A stretch of 60,871 nucleotides of DNA from an uncultured Syntrophales bacterium (GTDB lineage Bacteria > Desulfobacterota > Syntrophia > Syntrophales > JACQWR01), in NCBI GenBank assembly GCA_964614365.1, contig CAZTLA010000001.1:1-60871 (forward strand). Direction: 5' to 3'. Shown piece after piece: positions 29,863 to 38,834 of this stretch. Under the pieces are notes generated by a model that did no database searches, was not told where the DNA came from, and saw only the letters and a program-made list of their open reading frames with translations. Position 1 is the stretch's first letter. Every line of letters starts with the position of its first letter. The position numbers and the translations under genes were made by a program.

Positions 29863-31185
29863 ATGAAACCGAAGATTAAGGATATCGAAATCAATCTCGA
29901 GGATTTCAATTCGATGATTGCCTTGTTGGAATCCATTCTTGCGCACCGGAGAAAAAAGCCGACGACCAAGAGCGCCGAACTGTTTTATGCGCATCAGATC
30001 AACTATTACCGGGAGATAAGGGACGCTAAAAAGAACGGGAAGATTTTCGTGCTCCATTCTGCCTTTACTCCCGTGGAAATCCTTTATGCCTTTGATGTTG
30101 TTCCGGCCCACGCCTCTTTCTTAGTGGGCGCCATTGCTCAACTCACCAAGAAGCAGGGGGAATACATGGATGCTTCATCCCGGTTTGGATATCCCTGGGA
30201 GGTATGCCAGGGGCATCGGCCCGTAGTTGGCGGAGCCCTTTTGAAGAAAGCCCCCAAGCCGGACCTCTGCATATCCACTCAGATAGGCTGCACGAATGCA
30301 GCCTCCAGTACCATGGGCCTTGCACGGGCCTACGATGTCCCGATTCATTATATGGACATGAGCTATGGAGGGAAAAGAGCGGTAGATTTTGCCTACTATA
30401 TCGAAAACTTAAGAGAACTGATCAAATTTCTGGAGGGATTCACGGGTAAGATATTTGATTGGGACAGATTGTGTGAGATCGTGGACATCGAGCGGCAGAT
30501 AGCAGAGGTCAACCTCGAGATTATGGAGTTAAGAAAAGCCGTCCCCTCTCCTGTTCGGCATCGCGGGTTTACTCAACAGTACAGTGTGGATATGTTCACG
30601 CCGGGGATTCCGGAGGCATTAAATTTCTTCAAGTGTGTTCGGGATGAGATCAAGGAAAATGTCGAGACCAAGAGGGGGCCGATCGATACCCCGGAACGTT
30701 ATCGAGTCCTTTCGATCTTGATGCCGCCGAATTTTGCCCATAAACTACTGGACTGGATGGAAGAGGAACACGGAGTTTTCTCCGTGGGAGAACCTCACAT
30801 GGCCTACTGGCCGCCCAATCTCAAACTCGACCCGAACCATCCCTTGGAAAGCCTGGCCAATAAGTACTATAACCGGCCAATGTTGGCGCAGTTGATCTGC
30901 CCGGCCATAGACTGCCTCATTCCGGATACCCTAGCGCTTGCCAGGGAGTACAAAGCCGATGGGGCCATCTTCTATGCCAACGTGACCTGTCATACAAGCC
31001 CGGTTCTGATCCGGTCGCTCAAGGATTCACTGCTCGAAACTGCGGGGATTCCCACGTTGGTCCTCGATATGGACGTGGCGGATCCCAACTATACCTCACA
31101 GGAAGAGATGCAAGAAAGAATTGAGACTTTCCTGGATATCATGGACACGTATAAAGAAAAAAGGAAAATCGAGGGAAGAATTTAA
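29863..31185 (+). CDS. Benzoyl-CoA reductase (class I) / 2-hydroxyacyl-CoA dehydratase family subunit, BzdO/BcrB-like
   Basis: 440 aa. Its length and position match the bzdNOPQ order. Contains FVLHSAFTPVEILYAFDVVP, ISTQIGCTNAAS and ANVTCHTSP. Confidence 0.75.
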   Translation: MKPKIKDIEINLEDFNSMIALLESILAHRRKKPTTKSAELFYAHQINYYREIRDAKKNGKIFVLHSAFTPVEILYAFDVVPAHASFLVGAIAQLTKKQGEYMDASSRFGYPWEVCQGHRPVVGGALLKKAPKPDLCISTQIGCTNAASSTMGLARAYDVPIHYMDMSYGGKRAVDFAYYIENLRELIKFLEGFTGKIFDWDRLCEIVDIERQIAEVNLEIMELRKAVPSPVRHRGFTQQYSVDMFTPGIPEALNFFKCVRDEIKENVETKRGPIDTPERYRVLSILMPPNFAHKLLDWMEEEHGVFSVGEPHMAYWPPNLKLDPNHPLESLANKYYNRPMLAQLICPAIDCLIPDTLALAREYKADGAIFYANVTCHTSPVLIRSLKDSLLETAGIPTLVLDMDVADPNYTSQEEMQERIETFLDIMDTYKEKRKIEGRI

Positions 31186-31191
31186 TATCCC

Positions 31192-31267
31192 CTAACCCCG
31201 ATAAACGGGATAAGTGCGTTAACGAAATTATTTTTTGCCGGAAAAGTGCAAAAAATAATTTCTCACT
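31192..31267 (-). repeat. ~76-nt intergenic repeat, copy C (inverted relative to copy A), with a perfect 15-bp AT-rich hairpin
   Basis: CTAACCCCGATAAACGGGATAA at 31192-31213 is the reverse complement of the 22-nt box. The stem arms are GAAATTATTTTTTGC (31224-31238) and GCAAAAAATAATTTC (31248-31262), with a 9-nt loop. Confidence 0.8.
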
Positions 31268-31289
31268 TACGAAAGAGGAAGGGAATGAG

Positions 31290-32075
31290 ATGGCTGTCGC
31301 AGGAATGGATGTCGGGCATCGCAGCATCAAAATGGTGATTTTGGAGGATGGGGAAATTCTCTCCCGGAAGATTATAACTACCGCCGGAGAAACGAACGCC
31401 CTGGCAAAACAGATTTTCGACCAGACAGCAGAGGAGATTGATCTGGATCCTTCCCGCCTCAAATTTATTACGACTACCGGCGGCATGGGGAAGAACGTCG
31501 CCTTCGCCAACCTTTATCGAACCGTGCCCTATTGCCTGGCGAAGGGGGTTTACGCCCTCTTCCCGAAGGCGAGGACGATCATCGATATGGGAGGGGAAAC
31601 CTGCAATGTGATCAAACTGAACGAGAGGGGAGAGATTGAAGACACCCAGAGTAACGATAAGTGTGCCGCCGGAACGGGGATCTTTTTTGAGGCCATGGCC
31701 AAGCTTCTCGGCACATCGCTGGATCACATGGGGAGACTGGCAACCCAGGGAGACATCCAGTTTGAGATCAGTTCGATGTGTGTCGTGTTTGCCGAACAGG
31801 AGGTGATCTCCCACTGTCATGAGAATCCGGATATTTCCGCAGAGGCCTTGGCGGCCGGAATCCACCTCTCCATTGCCGAACGCGTGGCAGGGCTTGCGAA
31901 ACGTTTGGGGATCACGGAAGAAATTGTCCTAACCGGCGGGGTTGCCAAAAACAGGGGTTTTGTCAAATTCCTCTCGCAGAGGATTCATGCTCTTCCGAAG
32001 GTCCCCGAAGACCCTCAAATCATAGCGGCTTACGGAGCTGCGTTGATCAGTCAAGAGCGGATAAAAACTCTATAA
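31290..32075 (+). CDS. BadF/BadG/BcrA/BcrD/HgdC-family ATPase (electron-activating subunit), copy 1
   Basis: 261 aa with an acetate/sugar-kinase fold. Contains GMDVGHRSIK, DMGGE, NDKCAAGTG and SSMCVVFAEQE (the two cluster-bridging Cys), and LTGGVAKN. Confidence 0.85.
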   Translation: MAVAGMDVGHRSIKMVILEDGEILSRKIITTAGETNALAKQIFDQTAEEIDLDPSRLKFITTTGGMGKNVAFANLYRTVPYCLAKGVYALFPKARTIIDMGGETCNVIKLNERGEIEDTQSNDKCAAGTGIFFEAMAKLLGTSLDHMGRLATQGDIQFEISSMCVVFAEQEVISHCHENPDISAEALAAGIHLSIAERVAGLAKRLGITEEIVLTGGVAKNRGFVKFLSQRIHALPKVPEDPQIIAAYGAALISQERIKTL

Positions 32076-32101
32076 TTCCAGAGGGACAAAAAGGGGCGGT
32101 T

Positions 32102-32890
32102 ATGTATTTTGCAGGAATTGACCTTGGCTCGAGGAAATCAAAGATTGCTCTATTTAAAGAGGATGAATTGATCAAGGAATATGTAGGTGAAACAGGACTC
32201 GGAGCGGCCAGAACGGCAGAGATGATTATGAGCCTCGCCCTTGCAGACACAGGCTTAAGGATCGAGGACTTCCAGTCCATTGTGGCCACGGGATATGGTC
32301 GGGTGGTCGTCCCTTTTGCTCATAGCCATGTGAGCGATATCCTTGCTCATGCCATGGGAGCCTTTTGGTATTTCCCTTCCGCTCGCACGGTTCTCGATCT
32401 CGGGGGACAGGATTGTAAAGCCATCAATGTAGATGAAAGGGGAAGGCTGACCGGATTCGTAATGAATGATAAATGCGCGTCGGGAAACGGCCGATTTTTA
32501 GAGACCATGGCCGATCACTTGGAAATCCCGATTGAAAAGACCGGAGATATTTCCCTCGAAGCACAGAAACCCATAATATTCAGCACGATCTGTGCGGTCT
32601 TTGCCAACTCCGAGGCCATGGCCATGGTCCGGAAGGGAATTCCCCTGGCGGATATCCTGGCCGGGATTCACCATATCATTGCCGTTCAGTGTGAAAAGAT
32701 GCTGGAAATGCTTTCGCTGGAAGAGGATCTGGTGATGTCGGGCGGGGTTTCAAAAAATATCGGCGTGGTAAATATGGTTGCCAAGAGGCTGGGGATAACA
32801 CCCAAGATCCCTGCCGACCCGCAGATGGTTGGGGCCGTGGGCGCTGCTGTCGTTGCCCGCAAGAAATATCATGCAGGAAAATGTATGTAA
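32102..32890 (+). CDS. BadF/BadG/BcrA/BcrD/HgdC-family ATPase, copy 2
   Basis: 262 aa. Contains GIDLGSRKSK, DLGGQD, NDKCASGNGRFLE, STICAVFANSE and MSGGVSKN. Confidence 0.85.
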   Translation: MYFAGIDLGSRKSKIALFKEDELIKEYVGETGLGAARTAEMIMSLALADTGLRIEDFQSIVATGYGRVVVPFAHSHVSDILAHAMGAFWYFPSARTVLDLGGQDCKAINVDERGRLTGFVMNDKCASGNGRFLETMADHLEIPIEKTGDISLEAQKPIIFSTICAVFANSEAMAMVRKGIPLADILAGIHHIIAVQCEKMLEMLSLEEDLVMSGGVSKNIGVVNMVAKRLGITPKIPADPQMVGAVGAAVVARKKYHAGKCM

Positions 32891-32950
32891 GGAGTGAGGG
32901 GGCGATCCTACGGAAATACCTCGAGTAAATTAGAGAAGGAGATAGCGGAT

Positions 32951-34210
32951 ATGGAAGGAAGAAAAAATCTGATCGAAAACTGCAAAGTTCTTGACTTCAG
33001 CACTGAATTGGGATTTCTCTGCGGGAAGATCCTGGGCGATTTGGGCGCGGACGTCATAAAGGTGGAACCTCCCGGAGGTGACCCCGCCCGAAAGATGGGA
33101 CCTTTTTATCAGGATATTCCCCACCCTGAGAAAAGCCTCTACTGGCTCGCCTACAACAATAATAAAAGAAGCATGACCCTGAATATTGAAACGGCAGACG
33201 GCCGTGAAATACTGAAGAAACTCCTCATGTCGACGGATATTATTATTGAATCATTTCCGCCGGGATATATGGAGCAACTTGGGTTGGGGTTTTCGGAACT
33301 CAGCCGGATGACAAAAGAAAAAATTATCATGACCTCCATCAGCCCTTTTGGCCAGGAAGGGCCCTATAAAAACTACAAAGCCACGGACCTCGGAATTATG
33401 GCCATGAGCGGCTGTATGTCTCTTTTAGGAGAGCCTGACCGTCCTCCCCTGCGCACCAGTATTCCCGTCTCCTATATGTGGACGGGTTCTTATGCGGCAC
33501 TGGGAACGCTGATGGCCTACTTCCACTGTCGAACGACGGGCAGGGGACAACATGTGGATGTTTCGGCCCAGGCAAGCGCAGCCTGGTCGGCGGATACGGC
33601 TCCTTTATACTGGGAAGCCGACGGCACGCTGACCAAACGGGTCGGCAACGCCGTTCCCGGCCGTAGTATTCACGGTGCTGCCATGAAAGCAGCCTATCCC
33701 TGTAAGGATGGGTACATCTGCTGGCTCATCTACGGAGCAAGGGCCGGAGGGATAACCAATAAGGAGACCATGAAATGGATGGAAGAAAAGGGGATAACAT
33801 CTGACTGGATAAAAGCCCAGGATTGGGACAAATTCGATCCCGCTCTGGCAACGCAGGAAGATTTTAATCATATCATGGAGCCTGTTAGTCGTTTGCTTCA
33901 AGGGCTAACCAAAGCGGAATTTCTCGAAGAAGCGGTGAAGAGAAGGATCATGGGTTACCCCGTGTCCGATGCCAAGGATATCATAGAAAGCCCCCAACTC
34001 CGCGCCAGAGAAGTATGGCAAAATATCGAACATCCGGAGCTTTCCGCTGAGATTACCTATCCCGGACCTTGGGCAAAATTTTCCGAATCTTCCTGCGGAA
34101 TTTCTCGGCGAGCTCCTCTCATCGGCGAGCATAACGATGAAATTTACACCCAGGGACTGGGGATATCCGCGGAGGAATTAACGGTACTAAAACAGGCAGG
34201 AGTGATCTGA
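32951..34210 (+). CDS. Family III CoA-transferase, first of an adjacent pair
   Basis: Contains KVLDFSTELGFLCGKILGDLGADVIKVEPPGGD and IIIESFPPGYMEQLGLGF. I placed the start at ATG 32951 (MEGRKNL...). Confidence 0.85.
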   Translation: MEGRKNLIENCKVLDFSTELGFLCGKILGDLGADVIKVEPPGGDPARKMGPFYQDIPHPEKSLYWLAYNNNKRSMTLNIETADGREILKKLLMSTDIIIESFPPGYMEQLGLGFSELSRMTKEKIIMTSISPFGQEGPYKNYKATDLGIMAMSGCMSLLGEPDRPPLRTSIPVSYMWTGSYAALGTLMAYFHCRTTGRGQHVDVSAQASAAWSADTAPLYWEADGTLTKRVGNAVPGRSIHGAAMKAAYPCKDGYICWLIYGARAGGITNKETMKWMEEKGITSDWIKAQDWDKFDPALATQEDFNHIMEPVSRLLQGLTKAEFLEEAVKRRIMGYPVSDAKDIIESPQLRAREVWQNIEHPELSAEITYPGPWAKFSESSCGISRRAPLIGEHNDEIYTQGLGISAEELTVLKQAGVI

Positions 34211-34232
34211 ACGGAAAAGGAGATGTAAGATC

Positions 34233-35447
34233 ATGGGAAAAGGAATATTTGAAGGCGTAAAAATTCTTGAGTTCGGACAGATTGTCGCCGGCCCCCTTAT
34301 TTCGACCTACATGGCCGACTATGGAGCAGAGATCATTCACGTTGAATCTCACACACGGCCCGACCAGTACCGGTTTTATCCCCCCTTCAAAGATAATAAG
34401 CCAGGAATAAACCGGGGCTTCGATTTTGCCGTTTACAGCCATAATAAATATGGAATTACCCTCAACCTTCGCCATCCCAAAGGGATCGAAGTCGCCAAAC
34501 GGCTGGTAAAAGACTGGGCCAATGTGGTCCTTGAAAATTTCACGCCGGGTGTGATGAAAAGACAGGGATTGGGATATGATGAACTGAAAAAGATCAAACC
34601 CGACATCATTATGCTCAGCACCTGTAATCTTGGGCAAACAGGTCCCCACGCCAATCATCCCGGTATGGGCTCTCACCTCACTCATTTCAGCGGATTTACG
34701 AATCTCAGCGGATGGCCTGACCGTGACCCTTTAATTCTTTACGGGCCTTACATTGACTTCATCGGGGTCGTCTATGGTACGATTGCCCTGGTTTCAGCGC
34801 TTGAGTTCCGTCGCCGGACAGGGAAAGGACAGCTCCTGGACATCGCCCAACTCGAAGGGGGCATCCAATTCTTGGTCCCCACTTTGCTTGAATACGTCGT
34901 TAATGGACGGATTCAAAGAAGAAAAGGTAATCGTTGCGATTATGCGGCCCCTCATGGAGCGTTCCCGTGCCTTGGGGAGGACCGCTGGTGTGTCATCGCT
35001 GTTTTTACGGACGCAGAGTGGGAAAAGTTATGTCAGGTGATGGGCAATCCAGCCTGGACAAAAGATCCCAAATTCACCACGCTTCTCGAAAGAAAGAAAA
35101 ACGAAGATGAGCTGGAAAGATTGATCGGTGAGTGGACATCAAAACGGACTGCGGAAGAGGTCATGGACGCCATCCAAGCCGTGGGAGTGGAAGCTGTAGT
35201 TGTCAAGAATACGAAGGAAATGTATGAGGATGAACACCTGCATCGTTACTTCTGGGCCGAAATGGTCCATCCGGAGATAGGAAAGTACCACATCCAGTTG
35301 CCTCCCTACAGGCTCTCGGAGGCGCCTCCCCAGTTGCGGATGTCCAGTCCGCTCATCGGAGAACATAATGAATACGTTTACCGGGAGCTGGCGGGCTTTT
35401 CCAAGGATGAATACGAAGAACTGCAAAGAGATGGGGTCTTTGCATAG
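34233..35447 (+). CDS. Family III CoA-transferase, second of the pair
   Basis: Contains KILEFGQIVAGPLISTYMADYGAEIIHVE and VVLENFTPGVMKRQGLGYD. It starts 22 nt after the previous gene. Confidence 0.85.
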   Translation: MGKGIFEGVKILEFGQIVAGPLISTYMADYGAEIIHVESHTRPDQYRFYPPFKDNKPGINRGFDFAVYSHNKYGITLNLRHPKGIEVAKRLVKDWANVVLENFTPGVMKRQGLGYDELKKIKPDIIMLSTCNLGQTGPHANHPGMGSHLTHFSGFTNLSGWPDRDPLILYGPYIDFIGVVYGTIALVSALEFRRRTGKGQLLDIAQLEGGIQFLVPTLLEYVVNGRIQRRKGNRCDYAAPHGAFPCLGEDRWCVIAVFTDAEWEKLCQVMGNPAWTKDPKFTTLLERKKNEDELERLIGEWTSKRTAEEVMDAIQAVGVEAVVVKNTKEMYEDEHLHRYFWAEMVHPEIGKYHIQLPPYRLSEAPPQLRMSSPLIGEHNEYVYRELAGFSKDEYEELQRDGVFA

Positions 35448-35449
35448 AG

Positions 35450-37453
35450 ATGAGATACGCAGAGACAGGGTTTAATTTAGAAATTGATCTATCACGGGGA
35501 AACATTGAGAAGGTAGAAACGGACCCGGCATTAACCAAACTTCACCTTGGGGGCCTCGGCACTAACGCCAAGATATTATGGGACAGGGTCCCCCCTGAAG
35601 TCGAACCCTTTTCTCCCGATAATCTGCTCATATTCGGCACCGGTCTTTTATGTTGCACACCTGCTCCTTCTGCTAATCGTACTATTGTTACCACCATTTC
35701 TCCTCAGACTTTGCTTATGGCATATTCAATGATGGGGGGTTTTTTTGGACCGGAGTTGAAAAAAGCCGGTTACGACAAAATAGTAATTCGCGGTAAATCT
35801 CCCCGTCTCGTTTATTTGTGGATAAACAATGACAAAGTAGAAATACGTGATGCCTCTCATTTACAGGGTAAGGGCGGCAATGAAACGGCAGAACTTCTCC
35901 GACAGGAGTTGCGAGAGCCGGAAGCCCAGATCGCTGCTATCGGCCTGGCGGGTGAAAACAGGGTCTATACGGCTTCCATCGAGCAAGGCAAGTCTAGTGC
36001 CAGCCGACAAGGGGTGGGCGCCGTTATGGGAGACAAGGGATTAAAGGCAATCGTTGTTCGGGGAACAAAGGATATCCATATTGCCCGACCGGCCGAATTT
36101 ATGGAGATGTGCAACGAAGTCCTGAGCTTCATAAAACACCGATTGCAAAATCCAATTAAACTACCGGATGGCATGCCGATTATTTTAGGCTATCTGGGGA
36201 TACAAGAGATGGCGATAGATGATGAGGAGTGGCATACCACCAATTTCGCCTGGGGGAATGCCCGCCATCGCAGAAAAGATTTTTGGACGAAGGAAACCGA
36301 AGAGAGGTGGAAGGAGACACAGGAAAAAGTCGTCAAGCGGTTGATAGGTTGCTATAACTGCCCGATTAGCTGCGGCGGATCCGTTTCCTACCCCGGACTT
36401 CGGACCTACATGATGAAATGTTACTCGAAACTTACCTATACCATGGCGGCCATGTCGGACCTGGATTTTGGTTTTAGAATCGCTCAGCGCGCTACGGAGT
36501 ACGGCGTGGACGGATTCTCAACCCCGCAGGTTATTGCCTTTGCCCTTGAGCTGTATGAGGCCGGCATTTTGACCGACCAGGATATGCCGGGAATGCCATC
36601 CGATAACGAGGGAAGATTTTTCTGGTTGCTCGACCGGATTGTCCGGAGGGAAGGGATTGGAGATGTTTTAGCCAATGGCACCCATTGGGCGGCCCAACAG
36701 ATCGGTAAGGGCGCAGAAGCCTATGCTCATAATAACATCAAGAAACATGAACAGCTGCCCCTCAAGCTGGGAATGCTGAATCCCATTTATTTCCTGATGT
36801 ACTGTACCGGCGAGAAGATAAACATCACCCAGATCGAAGGCCAGTTCCCCCAGGCTCCCCATACCGGCAGAGAGGAAAGAGAGGAGTTTGTAAAGGATTG
36901 GATTCAGGTTCCCCATGAGAGATTTAAAGAATATTTTGTAAATTGGGAGCCCGGGACTTTCCCGCATAATCCGCCGCCGGAAGCGGTTTGCGACATCGTA
37001 GACTGGCAGGAGGCCATGCATTACCTTGATGACGCGACCGGGCTCTGCGCTGCGTCGTCATCATTTATCTTGAAGCCCCCCTATCATATACACAACTTAC
37101 CCCGTATAATCTCCTGCGCGACGGGGATGGATATTGATGAAGCCGGACTATGGGAAATAACCAGGAGGAATCGAACCTTAGTGAGAGCCATTAATGTAAG
37201 AAGGGGGCTCAGGAGAAAAGATGAGAAGCCTCCCGAGGACCATTGGAAGAAGAGATTCCCCGAGCTTGAAGCCAAGCTCTTGGACGAGTATTACAAATTC
37301 AAGGGGTGGAACAGTCAGGGTATTCCTACAAAGGAGTTTTTACACAGCTTAGGTCTGGATTACATCAGCGATGACCTCGTAAAGAGGGGGATATTGACAG
37401 ATGGTGAAGGGACTGCTTCTCATGATACTTCGGCCGGAAAAGAAGAGAAATAG
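35450..37453 (+). CDS. bamB: Tungsten-pterin AOR-family enzyme, BamB-type (active-site subunit of class II benzoyl-CoA reductase)
   Basis: 667 aa. Contains MRYAETGFNLEIDLSRGNIEKVETDP, GGLGTNAKILWDRVPPEVEPFSP, CYNCPISCGG, HNNIKKHEQLPLKLGMLNPIYFLMYCTGEKINITQIEGQFPQAP and YYKFKGWNSQGIPTKE. As far as I recall these closely match Geobacter BamB. They differ clearly from the generic AOR at 51685. Confidence 0.85.
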   Translation: MRYAETGFNLEIDLSRGNIEKVETDPALTKLHLGGLGTNAKILWDRVPPEVEPFSPDNLLIFGTGLLCCTPAPSANRTIVTTISPQTLLMAYSMMGGFFGPELKKAGYDKIVIRGKSPRLVYLWINNDKVEIRDASHLQGKGGNETAELLRQELREPEAQIAAIGLAGENRVYTASIEQGKSSASRQGVGAVMGDKGLKAIVVRGTKDIHIARPAEFMEMCNEVLSFIKHRLQNPIKLPDGMPIILGYLGIQEMAIDDEEWHTTNFAWGNARHRRKDFWTKETEERWKETQEKVVKRLIGCYNCPISCGGSVSYPGLRTYMMKCYSKLTYTMAAMSDLDFGFRIAQRATEYGVDGFSTPQVIAFALELYEAGILTDQDMPGMPSDNEGRFFWLLDRIVRREGIGDVLANGTHWAAQQIGKGAEAYAHNNIKKHEQLPLKLGMLNPIYFLMYCTGEKINITQIEGQFPQAPHTGREEREEFVKDWIQVPHERFKEYFVNWEPGTFPHNPPPEAVCDIVDWQEAMHYLDDATGLCAASSSFILKPPYHIHNLPRIISCATGMDIDEAGLWEITRRNRTLVRAINVRRGLRRKDEKPPEDHWKKRFPELEAKLLDEYYKFKGWNSQGIPTKEFLHSLGLDYISDDLVKRGILTDGEGTASHDTSAGKEEK

Positions 37454-37473
37454 GGTGGAGGGACTGAACGGTC

Positions 37474-38013
37474 ATGGGGGAGAAAAAAAAGAAATTAGTT
37501 AAAACGATAAAAATTGACGCTGATAAATGCAGCGGTTGCCGGGCCTGCGAGGTAATCTGCTCCGCCTTTCACGCTACGCCAAAATATAGCAGTAATAATT
37601 CAAGGCCTCGTATCCGGGTGATTCATGAACCGCTCAAAGACAAATATGTTCCTGTGTACGCAGGCGAGTATACGCCGGCCGAATGTATGGGCAGAAACAA
37701 ATACATCATGAACGGAAAGGAATACGGCGAGTGCGACTTCTGCAGGGCTTCCTGCCCGTCCAGAAATATTTTCAAAGAACCGGATTCCGGTCTCCCGCTG
37801 AAATGCGATATGTGTGAAGGCGAAGAAGAGCCCTTGTGCGTTACGTGGTGCTTAGTCGATGCCTTGACGTACGAAGAACGGGAAGAGGAAGAAGAAGAGG
37901 GAGAAGAGAAAAAAGAGGAGATGGAAACCGGATTGGAATCGATGGTAGACAAATATGGATTGCAGAAGGTAATGAATACCGTTGCTCGAATGTCGATGTC
38001 AAAGAAGGGCTAA
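37474..38013 (+). CDS. bamC: BamC-like [4Fe-4S] cluster protein
   Basis: 179 aa. Cys motifs are CSGCRACEVIC, CDFCRASCP and CDMCEGEEEPLCVTWC. A Glu-rich tract (EEREEEEEEGEEKKEE) follows. It starts 20 nt after the bamB-like gene. Confidence 0.75.
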   Translation: MGEKKKKLVKTIKIDADKCSGCRACEVICSAFHATPKYSSNNSRPRIRVIHEPLKDKYVPVYAGEYTPAECMGRNKYIMNGKEYGECDFCRASCPSRNIFKEPDSGLPLKCDMCEGEEEPLCVTWCLVDALTYEEREEEEEEGEEKKEEMETGLESMVDKYGLQKVMNTVARMSMSKKG

Positions 38014-38024
38014 AAAGGTTCAAG

Positions 38025-38798
38025 ATGATAACCGCAGGGATAGATTGTGGAGCAAAGAGCACAAAAACGGTCATCATGAGGGATGGCAAGATCATTGGGA
38101 AGGGTTCGGTCTTGACCGGAGTTGACTTGGGCAAGGCAGTGGCGGACTCTCTGGCAATGGCCCTGCGGGCGGCAGGCATCGGCCGTGGCGACGTGCAGAA
38201 GGTCGGCGGCACCGGCTCGGGCAAGAAGACGATTACTGTTATGGATACGGAAGTGAACGACATCAAGGCAATAGCCAAGGCGGCGCATTACTTTTTCCCC
38301 AACGCGCGGACGGTGACGGACGTGGGTGCGGAAGAGGGTCGGGTAGTCAAGGTTGACGAGTGGGGCGGCGTGCTTGATTTCGCGATTAATGAGAGATGCG
38401 CGGCGGGCGCGGGGGCCTTTATCGAGGCGATGGGCCGCGCCCTGGAGGTGAAGCTGGAAGATATGGGACCATTGGCGTTGCAGTCCGACAAGATTGTCCC
38501 GATGAACGCCCAGTGCGCGATTTTTGCGGAGTCGGAAGTGGTAGGCCTGATCCATGCGAAGACGAAGCTGCAGGATATCAGCAAGGCGATCCACGACGCG
38601 ATGGCCGGCCGGATCGTGTCAATGATCCGCCGGGTGGGGGTGAACGAAGACGTGGTCATGATCGGCGGCGTGGGCTGCAATCCGGGCGTGGTGGCGGCGC
38701 TAAAGCGTGAGTTGAAGTTGGGAGCGCTTTTTGTTCCTGATGAGCCGGAGTTCGGGGCGGCGGTGGGCGCAGCGCTCGTGGCGGCGGAAGATGGTTAG
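38025..38798 (+). CDS. BadF/BadG/BcrA/BcrD/HgdC-family ATPase, copy 3
   Basis: Contains MITAGIDCGAKSTK, DVGAEE, NERCAAGAGAFIE, NAQCAIFAESE and IGGVGCNPG. The start ATG at 38025 lies 11 nt after the bamC-like stop. The longer ORF start at 37836 overlaps bamC. Confidence 0.85.
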   Translation: MITAGIDCGAKSTKTVIMRDGKIIGKGSVLTGVDLGKAVADSLAMALRAAGIGRGDVQKVGGTGSGKKTITVMDTEVNDIKAIAKAAHYFFPNARTVTDVGAEEGRVVKVDEWGGVLDFAINERCAAGAGAFIEAMGRALEVKLEDMGPLALQSDKIVPMNAQCAIFAESEVVGLIHAKTKLQDISKAIHDAMAGRIVSMIRRVGVNEDVVMIGGVGCNPGVVAALKRELKLGALFVPDEPEFGAAVGAALVAAEDG

Positions 38799-38834
38799 CA
38801 GACTTCCGGGTATTTATTACGAGGAAAAAGGAAG

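Noticed and set aside
37871-37926. A purine-rich GAA/GAG tract inside the bamC-like gene, which looked like a simple-sequence repeat or slippage site.
   Set aside because: It is in frame and encodes a Glu/Lys-rich linker (EEREEEEEEGEEKKEE) between the last Cys motif and the C-terminal helix. The unit is not a strict tandem repeat, and there is no frameshift.
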